Below are positions 17,229 to 27,358 of a DNA stretch of 39,497 nt, piece by piece. The translations under genes and the position numbers were made by a program. The notes beneath the pieces are model-generated. The model did no database searches. It was not told the origin of the DNA and saw only the letters and a list, made by a program, of their open reading frames with translations. Origin of the DNA: a virus. The stretch is from positions 1-39,497 of the IMG/VR virus record IMGVR_UViG_3300045988_100167; one strand, given 5' to 3'. The stretch's first letter is position 1, and every line of letters begins with the position of its first letter.

Positions 17229-17645
17229 ATGGAGTTTAACAATCAATATTTAACCTATGAAGAATATAAAAGTCTAGGTGGAACTCTAGGCAAAATGCCT
17301 TTTAATATATTAGAATTAAAAGCAAGACAAGTAATAAATGAAAGAACACAAAACAGATTAAAGAATGCTGAAGATATACCTGTTGAGGTTAAGGTTTGTG
17401 AATATCATCTAATAAATACTGCAAATTCATATCAAAGCAAAACATCTGATATAAGTGTTGCTAGTGAAAACATAGATGGTTATTCAATATCTTATAAAAG
17501 TGGTACAGAATTAACAGATGAACAGAAAAAACAATACAATGATATAATGGAAACGGATTTATATGGAGTAATAATTGACAATATACCAATATTATATTTG
17601 GGTGCTAATATTAATTATTATAAGGAGGATTTATCTACATGCTAA
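17229..17645 (+). CDS. head-tail connector (gp6-like)
   Basis: 138-aa ORF directly after the capsid gene with an AAGGAGG RBS. Assignment rests on gene order. Confidence 0.6.
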   Translation: MEFNNQYLTYEEYKSLGGTLGKMPFNILELKARQVINERTQNRLKNAEDIPVEVKVCEYHLINTANSYQSKTSDISVASENIDGYSISYKSGTELTDEQKKQYNDIMETDLYGVIIDNIPILYLGANINYYKEDLSTC

Positions 17646-17989
17646 CTAATACAGACATGACATTATATCATAAAGGATTTGATGAAGAAACAAGGTTAAA
17701 CAAATGGATTAGGCATTACTATGAAAAAGTATGGTGGTTTGGTGGAAAAGGTGCTAATACTCAAATGGGGTATGAGAATGCAAATGATGTTCAAATAAGA
17801 ATACCATATGAAAACAACGAGAACCTAAATATAGCAGATTTCAGTATAGGGGATATAGTTTGTAAGGGTAATATAGAAAAAGCGATTACAAACCAATCTG
17901 AATTGAATGGAGTAGAGTTTTATAATATAACTGCAATAAGTAACAATGCATTTGGTAATAATCAACATATACACCTTGGAGGTAAATAG
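17639..17989 (+). CDS. head-tail joining / head closure protein
   Basis: 116-aa ORF that overlaps the previous gene. Assignment rests on gene order. Confidence 0.55.
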   Translation: MLTNTDMTLYHKGFDEETRLNKWIRHYYEKVWWFGGKGANTQMGYENANDVQIRIPYENNENLNIADFSIGDIVCKGNIEKAITNQSELNGVEFYNITAISNNAFGNNQHIHLGGK

Positions 17990-17990
17990 A

Positions 17991-18335
17991 ATGGGATTAA
18001 AACCAATTAGTGAAATAAAAGCAGATTTAGGAATAGAACCTAATGGGAAAGTTCAAAAATATTTTACTGAAAGATGTTATCAGCATATGGATAAATATGT
18101 GCCGAAAGATACAGGAGCATTAAGAGAAACAGTAGTAAAAGGAACTGATTATATAAAGTACAATATGCCTTATGCTCATGCACAGTATGTTGGAATAATA
18201 CATGGAACACCTGTAAATCCAGCTAATTACACGACACCAAATACAACATCGTATTGGGACAAAAAGATGGTAACAGCAGAAATAAATGATATTATAAAAG
18301 AATGTCAAGAATATATGAAAAGAGGGAGTAAATAA
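17991..18335 (+). CDS. head-tail joining protein (HK97 gp10-like)
   Basis: GGAGG RBS before ATG 17991, in frame with track ORF 17946..18335. Assignment rests on gene order. Confidence 0.55.
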   Translation: MGLKPISEIKADLGIEPNGKVQKYFTERCYQHMDKYVPKDTGALRETVVKGTDYIKYNMPYAHAQYVGIIHGTPVNPANYTTPNTTSYWDKKMVTAEINDIIKECQEYMKRGSK

Positions 18336-18790
18336 TGGCAGAAATAAATAAAAGTATAGTTAAAGTAGAAGATTTAAGAATAACAAAATTAAGAACATAT
18401 TTACTTTCAATTATAGATGTATTAGTGACAAATAAAAAATATCAAATAAATGCTAATATGTTAAGTAATGAGCCAAACAATTACTCTTTAGATAAAATAC
18501 CTACATCATCAACAGTAGAAGAATGGATAACAGGGACAAGAATTTGTCGTGATGTATATTCATTTAGAAGCAGAGTGGGATATAGTCAAGATACAATAGA
18601 AAATTTAATAAATGTCGGATTTTTTGAAATATTTGAAAAGCTAATAAGTTCTAATAATGAAAAAGGCATATTGCCTAAAATAGAAGGAATACAGTCAATA
18701 CAATGCTTAAATTGTGGAAGTATGAATAATGCTAACACAAATACAGCAGAATTTGATATACAATTACAAATAGAGTATAAGGAGGAATAA
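18335..18790 (+). CDS. tail completion / tail terminator-like protein
   Basis: 151-aa ORF, ATG-coupled to the previous stop. Assignment rests on gene order. Confidence 0.55.
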   Translation: MAEINKSIVKVEDLRITKLRTYLLSIIDVLVTNKKYQINANMLSNEPNNYSLDKIPTSSTVEEWITGTRICRDVYSFRSRVGYSQDTIENLINVGFFEIFEKLISSNNEKGILPKIEGIQSIQCLNCGSMNNANTNTAEFDIQLQIEYKEE

Positions 18791-18791
18791 A

Positions 18792-19001
18792 ATGAAACTA
18801 GTAATTCAAAGAGATTTTGTTTTAAATGGCGAATATTACTTCAAAAATGATGAAATAGAGCCAGACAAAATAGGAACAATAAAAGACATTGCAAGATTAA
18901 ATGAAAACGGATTCATTAAACCTCTATCTTTAAAAGAAATGATTAAACTAGAACAAGAATTAAAACAGACTAAAAAAATAAATAAAGAGGAGGAAAAATA
19001 A
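18792..19001 (+). CDS. hypothetical structural-module protein
   Basis: 69-aa ORF with an AAGGAGG RBS. Confidence 0.5.
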   Translation: MKLVIQRDFVLNGEYYFKNDEIEPDKIGTIKDIARLNENGFIKPLSLKEMIKLEQELKQTKKINKEEEK

Positions 19002-19002
19002 A

Positions 19003-19491
19003 ATGGGTCAAATGAAAAGAAAAGATTTTGCACATTACTTTGATACATCAGCAAGTGGTTCATTAGCACCAGAGTGGGTACGAGAAGGAATTGGAGTTGA
19101 AGCATTATCATTATCATATAATCCACAAATAGACACATTTAAACAAATAATTGATGATGTAGCAAGTTCAACATTTGATAGTTATCAAATACAATCTAGT
19201 GTAAGTGGAAAAAGAATTGATAAAGACGATCCAATATGGAAGTGGCTTAATGAAGCTAGAAAGAAAGCTGAAAGCATTGAAACAAAAATGCTTGAAATCA
19301 ATATGGCTAGTGGAAAAGGTGAAGGAGCATTATCATATGAAGCATTACAATATAATGTTTTAGTAGTAATAAACGAGTTTTTGGGTGAAAATGCAACAAT
19401 ATCATATGATGTATATGTAAAAGGTAAACCAACAATTGGAAGTGTAACAATGACAAGTGGAAAACCAACATTTACAGAAAGTGCAGATTAA
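19003..19491 (+). CDS. major tail protein
   Basis: 162-aa ORF with a GAGGAGG RBS. It is followed by a hairpin and then the chaperone and tape-measure genes. Confidence 0.7.
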   Translation: MGQMKRKDFAHYFDTSASGSLAPEWVREGIGVEALSLSYNPQIDTFKQIIDDVASSTFDSYQIQSSVSGKRIDKDDPIWKWLNEARKKAESIETKMLEINMASGKGEGALSYEALQYNVLVVINEFLGENATISYDVYVKGKPTIGSVTMTSGKPTFTESAD

Positions 19492-19502
19492 TAATTAATA
19501 AC

Positions 19503-19536
19503 AACAGGGATTGAGTAAATAAGCTTAATCCCTGTT
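19503..19536 (+). terminator. hairpin after the major tail gene (AACAGGGATT / AATCCCTGTT)
   Basis: Perfect 10-bp stem. The tail is A/T-rich but not a clean U-run, so this may be an attenuator that sets the ratio of tail-tube protein to downstream products. Confidence 0.5.
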
Positions 19537-19558
19537 ATAATATAAAGGAGAAATAAAA

Positions 19559-20041
19559 ATGGAAAAGATCCAATTGAAACAAGATAATTTATTCAAAATA
19601 GGTATCAAAAACGCAGAAGGAGAAGATACAGGAGAAGTTATAACAATTGATTTGGAAGATATAAAACTTCCTTTAAAATGTCAAGAAAGTGAAAAGATGA
19701 TAAAAGATAATAACAGATGGTTACAAGCACAAAGATTAATGATAGAGAAAAGACCAGATAAAAAGGGAAAGAAGTTATTAAGTGCAAATGAAGAGGCATT
19801 GTTAAGGCTAGCGAATGAATATTACGAAAAACAAACAAAAGCTTATGAATTGGTATTAGGCGAAGGATCTATAAAAAAAATATTATGTGGAAGAGGAATG
19901 TATATAACATTTTTTTCAGACTTAGAAAAGCAAATGAAAAAGTTAAGACCAAAACTAAATCAAAATGCAGTAGATATAAAAACAAAAATAAAGTCTATTA
20001 CAGAAAAATATGGACAAAAAGATAGTGATGTGATGGAATAA
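19559..20041 (+). CDS. tail assembly chaperone
   Basis: 160-aa ORF between the major tail protein and tape-measure genes with an AAGGAG RBS. Confidence 0.6.
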   Translation: MEKIQLKQDNLFKIGIKNAEGEDTGEVITIDLEDIKLPLKCQESEKMIKDNNRWLQAQRLMIEKRPDKKGKKLLSANEEALLRLANEYYEKQTKAYELVLGEGSIKKILCGRGMYITFFSDLEKQMKKLRPKLNQNAVDIKTKIKSITEKYGQKDSDVME

Positions 20042-20652
20042 TGGAAAATCCACAATATGTAAAAGTAAAAAATAAAAAGTATAAGATAAATTCAGATTTT
20101 AGAGTAGCATTAAAGTGTGATAAAGTAGCAAAAGATAGTAAAATTGATGATACAGAGAGGGCATTAGCAATAATTTATCTGTTATATGGAGAAGATGGGC
20201 TTAATTCGTACGAGGATTGGACAGAATTGATTAGACTAGGTCGAAAGTATCTTTTATTAGGCAAAGAAAATAAAAGCCTTAAAAACGGAAATAACAAGCC
20301 AGATTTTGACTATGAAAAAGATAAAGGATTTATAAGGACAAGTTTTATACAAGATTACGGATATAATCCTTACGAAAAAGAATATTTGCATTGGTGGGAC
20401 TTTTGGAATGATTTAAATGGACTAACAAATAGTGAGTTTGGAAATTGTTGTGTATTAAGTAGGATAAGAAATCTAAGAACAACAGATGTAAATAAAATAA
20501 AAGATCAAAAAGAAAGACAAAAAATAATAGAAGCACAAGAATATTATTCTTTAGACGAAGAAAATTACAAAGAGGTAAAATATACAGAGGAAGAAGAAAG
20601 AAGCATAAACAATTTCTATAAACAAGTAGGAATAAACAGAAAGGAGGAATAA
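20041..20652 (+). CDS. Gp15-like tail assembly protein
   Basis: 203-aa ORF with a TAATG overlap. Its N-terminus, YVKVKNKKYKINSDFRVALKC, resembles the phage Gp15 family found upstream of tape-measure genes. Confidence 0.55.
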   Translation: MENPQYVKVKNKKYKINSDFRVALKCDKVAKDSKIDDTERALAIIYLLYGEDGLNSYEDWTELIRLGRKYLLLGKENKSLKNGNNKPDFDYEKDKGFIRTSFIQDYGYNPYEKEYLHWWDFWNDLNGLTNSEFGNCCVLSRIRNLRTTDVNKIKDQKERQKIIEAQEYYSLDEENYKEVKYTEEEERSINNFYKQVGINRKEE

Positions 20653-20653
20653 T

Positions 20654-22588
20654 ATGGCAGACGGTAGCATAATGATAGAAACAAAACTTTCAACAGATAA
20701 ATTTGATAAACAAATAGTAAATTTAGAAAAAAAAATAAAAGATGAAGAAAATAAATCACAATTAAAATTAAAAGCAAAATTACAAGCAGAAGACGAATTA
20801 GAAAAACATAAGCAAAAAATATTTGAAATAGAGCAAGAATACGAGAAAACATCGCAACAAGTAGAACATTTGCAAAGTATAATGTCAAAACAGTCACAAG
20901 GAATATCTTTAACACCACAAGAATTTACTGATTTACAAGGTTCTGAAAAAGTTATTGCGAATAATGAAAAAATAGGTGAAACACTAGATAAAATGTATGC
21001 AAAAGAAGTAAAGCTGAATAATGCAGTAGATAGAACAACATTAGCATACAAACAAACAAAAGACAATGTGACATCATATAAAGCAAAAATAGAAAGTGTT
21101 AATATACAAAAGCAACAAGCACAAGTAGACCAACTTAAAAATGGATTCAAAAAAATGAATACATCAGTATCAAGTTCAATAAAGCACATAGGTAGATTAG
21201 CATTAGGAATATTTAGTGTAGCAAGTGCATATAGATTAATGAGTTCAGCTTCAAGTACATTGGGACAATATGATGAACAATATGCTACAAATTTGGAGTA
21301 TATTAGATATTTAATTGCACAAGCAATAGCACCAGCATTAAAATATGTTGTAAATTTAGCAAGTACATTATTAAGTTATTTGAATTATATAGCACAGGCT
21401 TGGTTTAAAGTAACATTATTTAGTAAAAATAGTTCAAAGAATTTCATGAAGGCAAGAGAAAGCACATCTAAAATCAAAAAAGATTTACAAACAACACCAT
21501 TTGATGAAATGAATGTGTTATCTGATACATCAAGTAGTGGAACAAGTGGAGCAGTAGCGCCATCAATAGATCCTTCTATGTTACAAGGAGAAATACCAGA
21601 TTGGCTTAAATGGATAGCAGATAATAAAGATTTAATATTATCAGTTATGTCAGGTGTTACAGCAGGATTACTTGCTTGGAAATTAGGGCTAGATGGAATA
21701 AAAGCATTAGGAATAGGTTTATTAATTACAGGTATTATATATACAATTCAAAGTTTATTGGAATATTTAAACGATCCTAGCTGGGAAAATTTTGGCAAAA
21801 TCATACAAGGTGTAGGAGTCGCTATTTTAGGACTTGGAATACTCATTGGAAGTGTACCACTTATAGTAGCTGGAGCAATAGTTTTAATAGTTGGAACAAT
21901 AGTCAAATACTGGGAACAAATAAAATCGTTCTTACAACAAGGAATAGATTGGTTAAAAGGTAAAAGCGACTGGGTACATGAAATGTTTGGAGATGAAATA
22001 GGCGATTTATACGATTTTATTGTAGATACATTACAAGATACATTAAATATGTTTGACGGATTATTTAGTGGAATAAAGCAAATATTTGATGGAATAATCA
22101 ATATAATCAAAGGTGTATTTACAGGAGATTGGAAACAAGCATGGGAAGGATTAAAGCAAGTAGTTGCAGGAGTTTTTAATAGTTTGTGGTCTCTTGTAAA
22201 ATGGCCTTTAAATATGATAATTAGTGGATTGAATACATTAATCAGAGGTGCAAATAGAATACAATTCAATGTACCAGATTGGATTCCTGGAATAGGTGGA
22301 AAACAATTCGGATTTAACATACCTCAAATACCTAAATTAGCAAAAGGAACAATTTTAAATGCACCAGGTAGAGGAGTACCAGTAGCAGGAGGAAGAGCCT
22401 TAGCAGGAGAAGCAGGAAGAGAAGCATATTTGCCATTAAGTGATACACAATTACTAGAAGAATTAGGTTCAACAATAGGCAAATATATTACAATAAATGC
22501 AAATATAACTAACTCTATGAATGGAAGAATTATTTCAAGACAATTACAAAGAATACAAAATGATAGCAATTTTGCATATAATTCATAA
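20654..22588 (+). CDS. tape measure protein
   Basis: 644 aa, with a coiled-coil N-terminal third, several hydrophobic helices in the middle and a Gly-rich C-terminus. The position is canonical. Confidence 0.85.
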   Translation: MADGSIMIETKLSTDKFDKQIVNLEKKIKDEENKSQLKLKAKLQAEDELEKHKQKIFEIEQEYEKTSQQVEHLQSIMSKQSQGISLTPQEFTDLQGSEKVIANNEKIGETLDKMYAKEVKLNNAVDRTTLAYKQTKDNVTSYKAKIESVNIQKQQAQVDQLKNGFKKMNTSVSSSIKHIGRLALGIFSVASAYRLMSSASSTLGQYDEQYATNLEYIRYLIAQAIAPALKYVVNLASTLLSYLNYIAQAWFKVTLFSKNSSKNFMKARESTSKIKKDLQTTPFDEMNVLSDTSSSGTSGAVAPSIDPSMLQGEIPDWLKWIADNKDLILSVMSGVTAGLLAWKLGLDGIKALGIGLLITGIIYTIQSLLEYLNDPSWENFGKIIQGVGVAILGLGILIGSVPLIVAGAIVLIVGTIVKYWEQIKSFLQQGIDWLKGKSDWVHEMFGDEIGDLYDFIVDTLQDTLNMFDGLFSGIKQIFDGIINIIKGVFTGDWKQAWEGLKQVVAGVFNSLWSLVKWPLNMIISGLNTLIRGANRIQFNVPDWIPGIGGKQFGFNIPQIPKLAKGTILNAPGRGVPVAGGRALAGEAGREAYLPLSDTQLLEELGSTIGKYITINANITNSMNGRIISRQLQRIQNDSNFAYNS

Positions 22589-22603
22589 GAAAGGAACAAA
22601 TAA

Positions 22604-23003
22604 ATGTATGTAGAAAAAGTAACTATTGGTGGAGTAAAAAAAGATAGTTTAATAATGGACGGAATTGAATTAGGACAATATGTTATAGAAGCGAGTTATG
22701 GGTACAATAAATTATGGTCATCAGATAGTGGAAGAAATTTAAAAGGTAGTAAAAAAGGAACATTAGTACGGAATATTCCCTAAATTAGAAATAACATTCA
22801 AACCTCTTAATAAAGACGAATTGCATTTATTAGCTCCACATTTTGATAATGCAGAACAGACTTTTCAGTATTATGACGATAATAAAGGTGGAATGTTGAC
22901 AATAAAAACATATTCAAATGACTGGAAAGTTACAAGTAATAATACAAAAAAAGTAAAACCTTTTGGGGTTAATTTTATTGCAAATGAAAGGAGAACTTTA
23001 TAA
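22604..23003 (+). CDS. distal tail (Dit-like) / tail component protein. The 132-aa product requires a +1 shift at CGG 22769-22771.
   Basis: The 0-frame MYVEKVTIGG...KKGTLV stops 4 codons after the CGG. The +1 frame continues GIFPKLEITFKPLNKDELHLLAPHF... to 23003. Confidence 0.7.
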
Positions 23004-25875
23004 ATGAAAATACATTCAGACAATTTTAAAGAAACGATAAAGTCTCTTGGAAGAATGCAAGATGTAAGAATTACATACACTCTAAATAATAAACAATTGA
23101 TATTAGATGGAGAAAACATTAATAGTATAACTCCAAACTATGAAGCAAGCCTCTTAAAATCAGTTATGAAGGGGCTTGACCTTGATAGTAATATAGATAT
23201 ACCACTTGGTACAGAAATCAAGTTTGAATATGGTTTATTAATAAATAAAGAGTATGAATATTTAAACTATGGCAACTATATTGTATATTCAAGTGAAAAA
23301 CAAGAGGATACATTAAGTTATTCTATAAAATGCTATGATAAGTTATTATTTTCAATGAAAGACTATGAGCATATAGTGATAACATATCCTTGCACAATAA
23401 AGCAATATTTAGTAGCGTTATGTAATAAAATAGGATTGCAATTTAAAGACAGCAACTTTGCAAATGCTAATAGACAAATAACAAATGAATTATTTATGAC
23501 AATAAATGAAGACGGAACATATAGTTCAATGGGTTACACTTATAGAGATGTACTAGATCAAATAGCCGAAGTAACAGGTGGTTGTATATGTTTAACATTA
23601 GATGATAAAGTAGAAGTAAGATACATTAAAGAAACAAACGATACAATAGATGAAGAATATATAAATGATGTAAATGTAAATTTTGGCGAAAAATATCGGA
23701 CCAATTAATTCAATTGTACTTGCAAGAGCTGGAAAAAGTGATAAAATATACAAAAAAGACCAAAACAGTATAGACAAGAACGGTTTATGTGAATTGATGA
23801 TAAAAGAAAATCAATTCATGAATTTTAATGATAGAGTTGATTATTTGCAAGAATTATCAAATAAATTATTTGGAGTTTGGTATTATTTAAATGATTTTGT
23901 TAGCACAGGAATAATGTACTATGATTTATTAGATATGTATGGAATTAAAATCGGAAATACAGTATATCAATGTTTAATGTTGAATGATGAACAATGTATA
24001 ACACAAGGGCTTGAAGAGAATATTCACACAGACAGACCAGAAACAAGCGAAACAGATTATAAAAAAGCAGATACAACAGATAGAAAAATAAATCAAACAT
24101 ATTTAATAGTAGATAAACAAAATCAAAAAATAGAGGGTGTAATATCTCAAATTGGAGATAGGTCAGAGAAAACAACAACGATAACAGCAGATATAGATGG
24201 ACTTAATAGTAAGGTATCAAATGTAGTAGACTTAACAAATGAAGTAAGTGGCACAAAAACAATTACTTTGGAGAATTGCATACAAGGAAATTTATTAAGA
24301 TTAAGCATAAAAGGAAATAACTTGGTATTTAAGTATTTATACCCAAGTGATACATTATATCCGAGTAATACACTATATCCATCAGGAGATAGTCGAATTG
24401 TTGTAAATAACAAAACATACGAATTAGGAGTATTAGATGTTTTAAGACAAAATGGCAGTACATATGACGAATATATATTGGAAAATGGAAAAGCAAAAGT
24501 AATAAGAAGAATAAATGCAGATGGAAGTATAAAATCAAACCCAACAACGGAGCAATTAGGAGATTTTGCAATTGAATTACAAAATGGTAAAAATACAATA
24601 ACTATAAAAAATTATAGTGCAGAAATCTATGCTAAATATGCAATACAAAGTGATTATTCAGAAATATTTACAAGTAAGGTTCAAACAAGTACAGCAATAT
24701 CACAAACATCTGAAAAAATTATGACAGAAGTAAATAAAAAAGTTGATAATGCTGAATTTGGAACAAGAATAGAAGAGAATGCAGAAGCGGTAAAATTAGC
24801 GTGGAATCAAATATCAGAATTTATACAAATGATGATAATAAATAATAACGCTAGTTTTGCAATATTAGATAATAATAAAAAAGTATTAATGTCTCTAGAT
24901 AAAACAGGGCAACATTTCTACAAAAGTGATGGAACAACAGTGTTTGGAGATATGGGTGTGCAACAAGAAGATAATGATCAATATATTGCATTTTCTGTTT
25001 TATCAGACTATAATCAAAAACTTTCAAATGGTATGGCTTGGGGAATAAAAACAAAGTCAGATAATAAGTTTCACCCAATTTTTTATATTAAAAATTTTGA
25101 AATGGCTGAGAAAGCTTCTGATGCATCGTACGGAGAATTAGTACTAGCTTCATGTAATATATTATTAGATGGAATATCAACAGGAATAATTGGTGGAAAT
25201 ATAAAAATGTATGCAGATGAAGTAAATAATGCAATTCAATTCATTAATACAGATACTAATACAATACTGTTTTCAATAAGTACACGAGATTTGGAAACTG
25301 GCTATTCAAAAGTTAAAATATTAGATAATTTATCAATTTACAAAAATGTAGGTGGAACAAATTCTTTTAAATTTGGAAGCGGAAATAATTATACTTTAAT
25401 TGAAGATGATGGTTCTGTATCAGCATACGGAGGAACAATTAGATTTGGAATCACTGGACAAGAAGTAAGCTTTGATGTGTATGTGAGAAGTTTAGCTTCA
25501 ATTTACGGAGATTTAAATGTAAGTGGAAATGTATATGCAAGTAATATATCATCAGATAGAAGAATAAAAGACAATATAAAAGATTGTGAAGTAAAAGCAT
25601 TAGATATAATAAACAAGATTCAACATAAACAATTTGATAAAAAAGACGATGGAAAACATTATGATATTGGATATATTGCACAAGACATGGAAGAAATAGA
25701 TCCTAACTTTGTAATAAAAAGAGAAAAAACAGATACACTTGAAGAAAGATATTATATTAATGAATTACCGATTATTGCTACATTATCTAAAGCAATACAG
25801 GAACAGCAACAACAAATAGAAGAATTAAAATTAAAAATAAAAGAAATGGAGGAAAAAATCAATGGCAATGACTAA
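23004..25875 (+). CDS. tail-associated protein (Tal / prophage tail endopeptidase-like) with a C-terminal S74-type intramolecular chaperone domain. The 956-aa product requires a +1 shift at CGG 23697-23699.
   Basis: The join is ...NVNFGEKY|GPINSIVLARAGKSD. The C-terminus SSDRRIKDNIKD...YDIGYIAQDMEEIDPNFV is the auto-cleaving chaperone motif of tail spikes and fibres. Confidence 0.8.
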
Positions 25876-26368
25876 AATAAATTTTATAAATGGCAGTCAA
25901 CCAGCAATAAATGACACTAATTTAAATGCTTTACAGACAAATGTTGATGATGCTAAGCAAGATAAAATGAAAGAAGGAATTTGGACTCCAATATTAACTA
26001 CACTTGAAGACATTGCACCAACAATGACTTATATAATCCAAAGAGGAAGATATAAAAAAATAGGAAATATGGTATATATATCGGTTTACATTAAAGGAAA
26101 TATAACAGCAGTAAATGGTTCAGAGAATTATGCAAAAATAACAGGATTACCATATCGTGCAAAGAATTATATGGCGGAGAGTAATTTAAACGTAGGTGTG
26201 CTATATCAAATGTTAGAAAATGATGCAAATGCGAATGTATTAGTTTTAGACAACATAATGAGAGTTCAAATACAATACGGTGAGACCGCTGGAAAATTAA
26301 AAGTAACACCAGCTGGCGGAGTTGGATATTTTGAGATATCGGCATCTGGCTGGTATGAAGCAATTTAA
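25862..26368 (+). CDS. tail fibre / receptor-binding accessory protein
   Basis: 168-aa ORF that overlaps the Tal stop. The N-terminus, TKINFINGSQPAINDTNLNALQTNVDDAK, is typical of fibre proteins. Confidence 0.6.
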   Translation: MAMTKINFINGSQPAINDTNLNALQTNVDDAKQDKMKEGIWTPILTTLEDIAPTMTYIIQRGRYKKIGNMVYISVYIKGNITAVNGSENYAKITGLPYRAKNYMAESNLNVGVLYQMLENDANANVLVLDNIMRVQIQYGETAGKLKVTPAGGVGYFEISASGWYEAI

Positions 26369-26373
26369 AATAC

Positions 26374-26402
26374 TTGATAAAAATATAAAAATATGGTATA
26401 AT
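26374..26402 (+). promoter_or_regulatory. sigma-A-type promoter TTGATA, 17-nt spacer, TGg-TATAAT
   Basis: -35 at 26374-26379, TG at 26394-26395 and TATAAT at 26397-26402. It has the same TATGGTATAAT core as the elements at 5153-5163, 7638-7648 and 30848-30858. Confidence 0.5.
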
Positions 26403-26424
26403 TAAGAAAAACGGAGGGATATTT

Positions 26425-26709
26425 ATGGAAGTATCAAATTTTATAACAATAATTTTATTTATAATAAGTTGTATAAGTATCATAATAAGTATAGTTACAT
26501 TTGTTAAAAATGGAAATAAAGATGTAAAATCTGATGCTTCTAAAGACTCCTATAAATGGGGACAATTAGATGAAAAACTAAACAATTTAGAAAAGCAAGT
26601 AAATAAAATATTAGATAAGTTAGATACATTTGAATTAGAAGTAGACGAAAAAATAGAAAAAGCATTAGAGAATCACATAAAACAATATCATGAAAAACAT
26701 GAAAATTAG
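26425..26709 (+). CDS. membrane protein with an N-terminal TM helix and a coiled coil (possibly lysis-associated)
   Basis: 94-aa ORF with an ACGGAGGG RBS. The hydrophobic segment is FITIILFIISCISIIISIVTF. Confidence 0.6.
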   Translation: MEVSNFITIILFIISCISIIISIVTFVKNGNKDVKSDASKDSYKWGQLDEKLNNLEKQVNKILDKLDTFELEVDEKIEKALENHIKQYHEKHEN

Positions 26710-26719
26710 GAGATAGAAA

Positions 26720-26995
26720 ATGTTGAAAGAAGAGATAGAAGAGTTAAAAGGGAGTGTGGAAAATATGGAAAAACAAGTACACGAACAAAGCTTAGCGTTA
26801 GAAATGCTTTCAGAATTAAAGAAAACTACAAAAAGATGGTTTGTAGTAAGTATAATATTATTGATTGCATTAGTTGGAACAAATGTAGCTTGGCTTATTT
26901 ATGAATCATCTTTTGAGACTGTTACAGAAACTCAAACAGTAGAACAACATCAAGAAGATACAGATAATCCTAATATGTCAGGAGTGATTAATTAA
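26720..26995 (+). CDS. coiled-coil protein with a central TM helix (XhlA-like topology)
   Basis: 91-aa ORF with an AGGAGA RBS. The TM segment is WFVVSIILLIALVGTNVAWLIY. Confidence 0.6.
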   Translation: MLKEEIEELKGSVENMEKQVHEQSLALEMLSELKKTTKRWFVVSIILLIALVGTNVAWLIYESSFETVTETQTVEQHQEDTDNPNMSGVIN

Positions 26996-27055
26996 TGGGA
27001 AGAGCATATCAAAGATTAACAAAAACTACAGTTACTAGAAGGAGAACTAATAGTA

Positions 27056-27295
27056 ATGGAAAAAGAAAAATTAGAAGAAGAAAACGTAAATAAATTAGAT
27101 TTTACAAAGTTTGAACTAGATTATATATTACAGAATGCAAACTTTAATGATATACAACTAAGAATATTTAAAAGGTTAACTGATAAACAAGGCAGACAAA
27201 AGATAGTAAAAATAGCAATAGAAGAGAATATCAGTGAGAGAACAGTTAGTCGAATAATTAAACAAATAAAGAATAAAATCAAGAGGTTATTGTAG
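27056..27295 (+). CDS. small HTH protein resembling sigma-70 region 4
   Basis: 79 aa. The motif QLRIFKRLTDKQGRQKIVKIAIEENISERTVSRIIKQIKNKI has the layout of a region-4-type HTH. The gene is followed by two terminators. Confidence 0.55.
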   Translation: MEKEKLEEENVNKLDFTKFELDYILQNANFNDIQLRIFKRLTDKQGRQKIVKIAIEENISERTVSRIIKQIKNKIKRLL

Positions 27296-27310
27296 AATAG
27301 CCTCTTTTAT
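27281..27310 (+). terminator. rho-independent terminator 1 after the HTH gene
   Basis: 11-bp stem AAGAGGTTATT/AATAGCCTCTT (one G-U pair) with loop GTAG and a T-rich tail. Confidence 0.65.
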
Positions 27311-27313
27311 AAT

Positions 27314-27358
27314 GTCATAGCAATGTCAAAAATAAGGCAATGTTATGGCATTTTTTTT
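27314..27358 (+). terminator. rho-independent terminator 2
   Basis: Imperfect 14-bp stem GTCATAGCAATGTC/GGCAATGTTATGGC followed by A plus a run of eight T. Confidence 0.7.

Noticed and set aside
19866-19880. A run of eight A in the tail assembly chaperone gene might be a -1 slippery site producing an extended chaperone.
   Set aside because: The -1 frame closes at a TAG near 20030, before the end of the 0-frame ORF, so no extended product would arise. The downstream Gp15-like gene has its own ATG and is coupled by TAATG.
26995-27093. A 32-codon ORF encoding a highly basic peptide (MGRAYQRLTKTTVTRRRTNSNGKRKIRRRKRK) is coupled by TAATG to the preceding gene.
   Set aside because: It overlaps the start of the better-supported HTH gene (27056) in another frame and reads as low-complexity A-rich DNA. 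Without conservation data it is treated as probably spurious.
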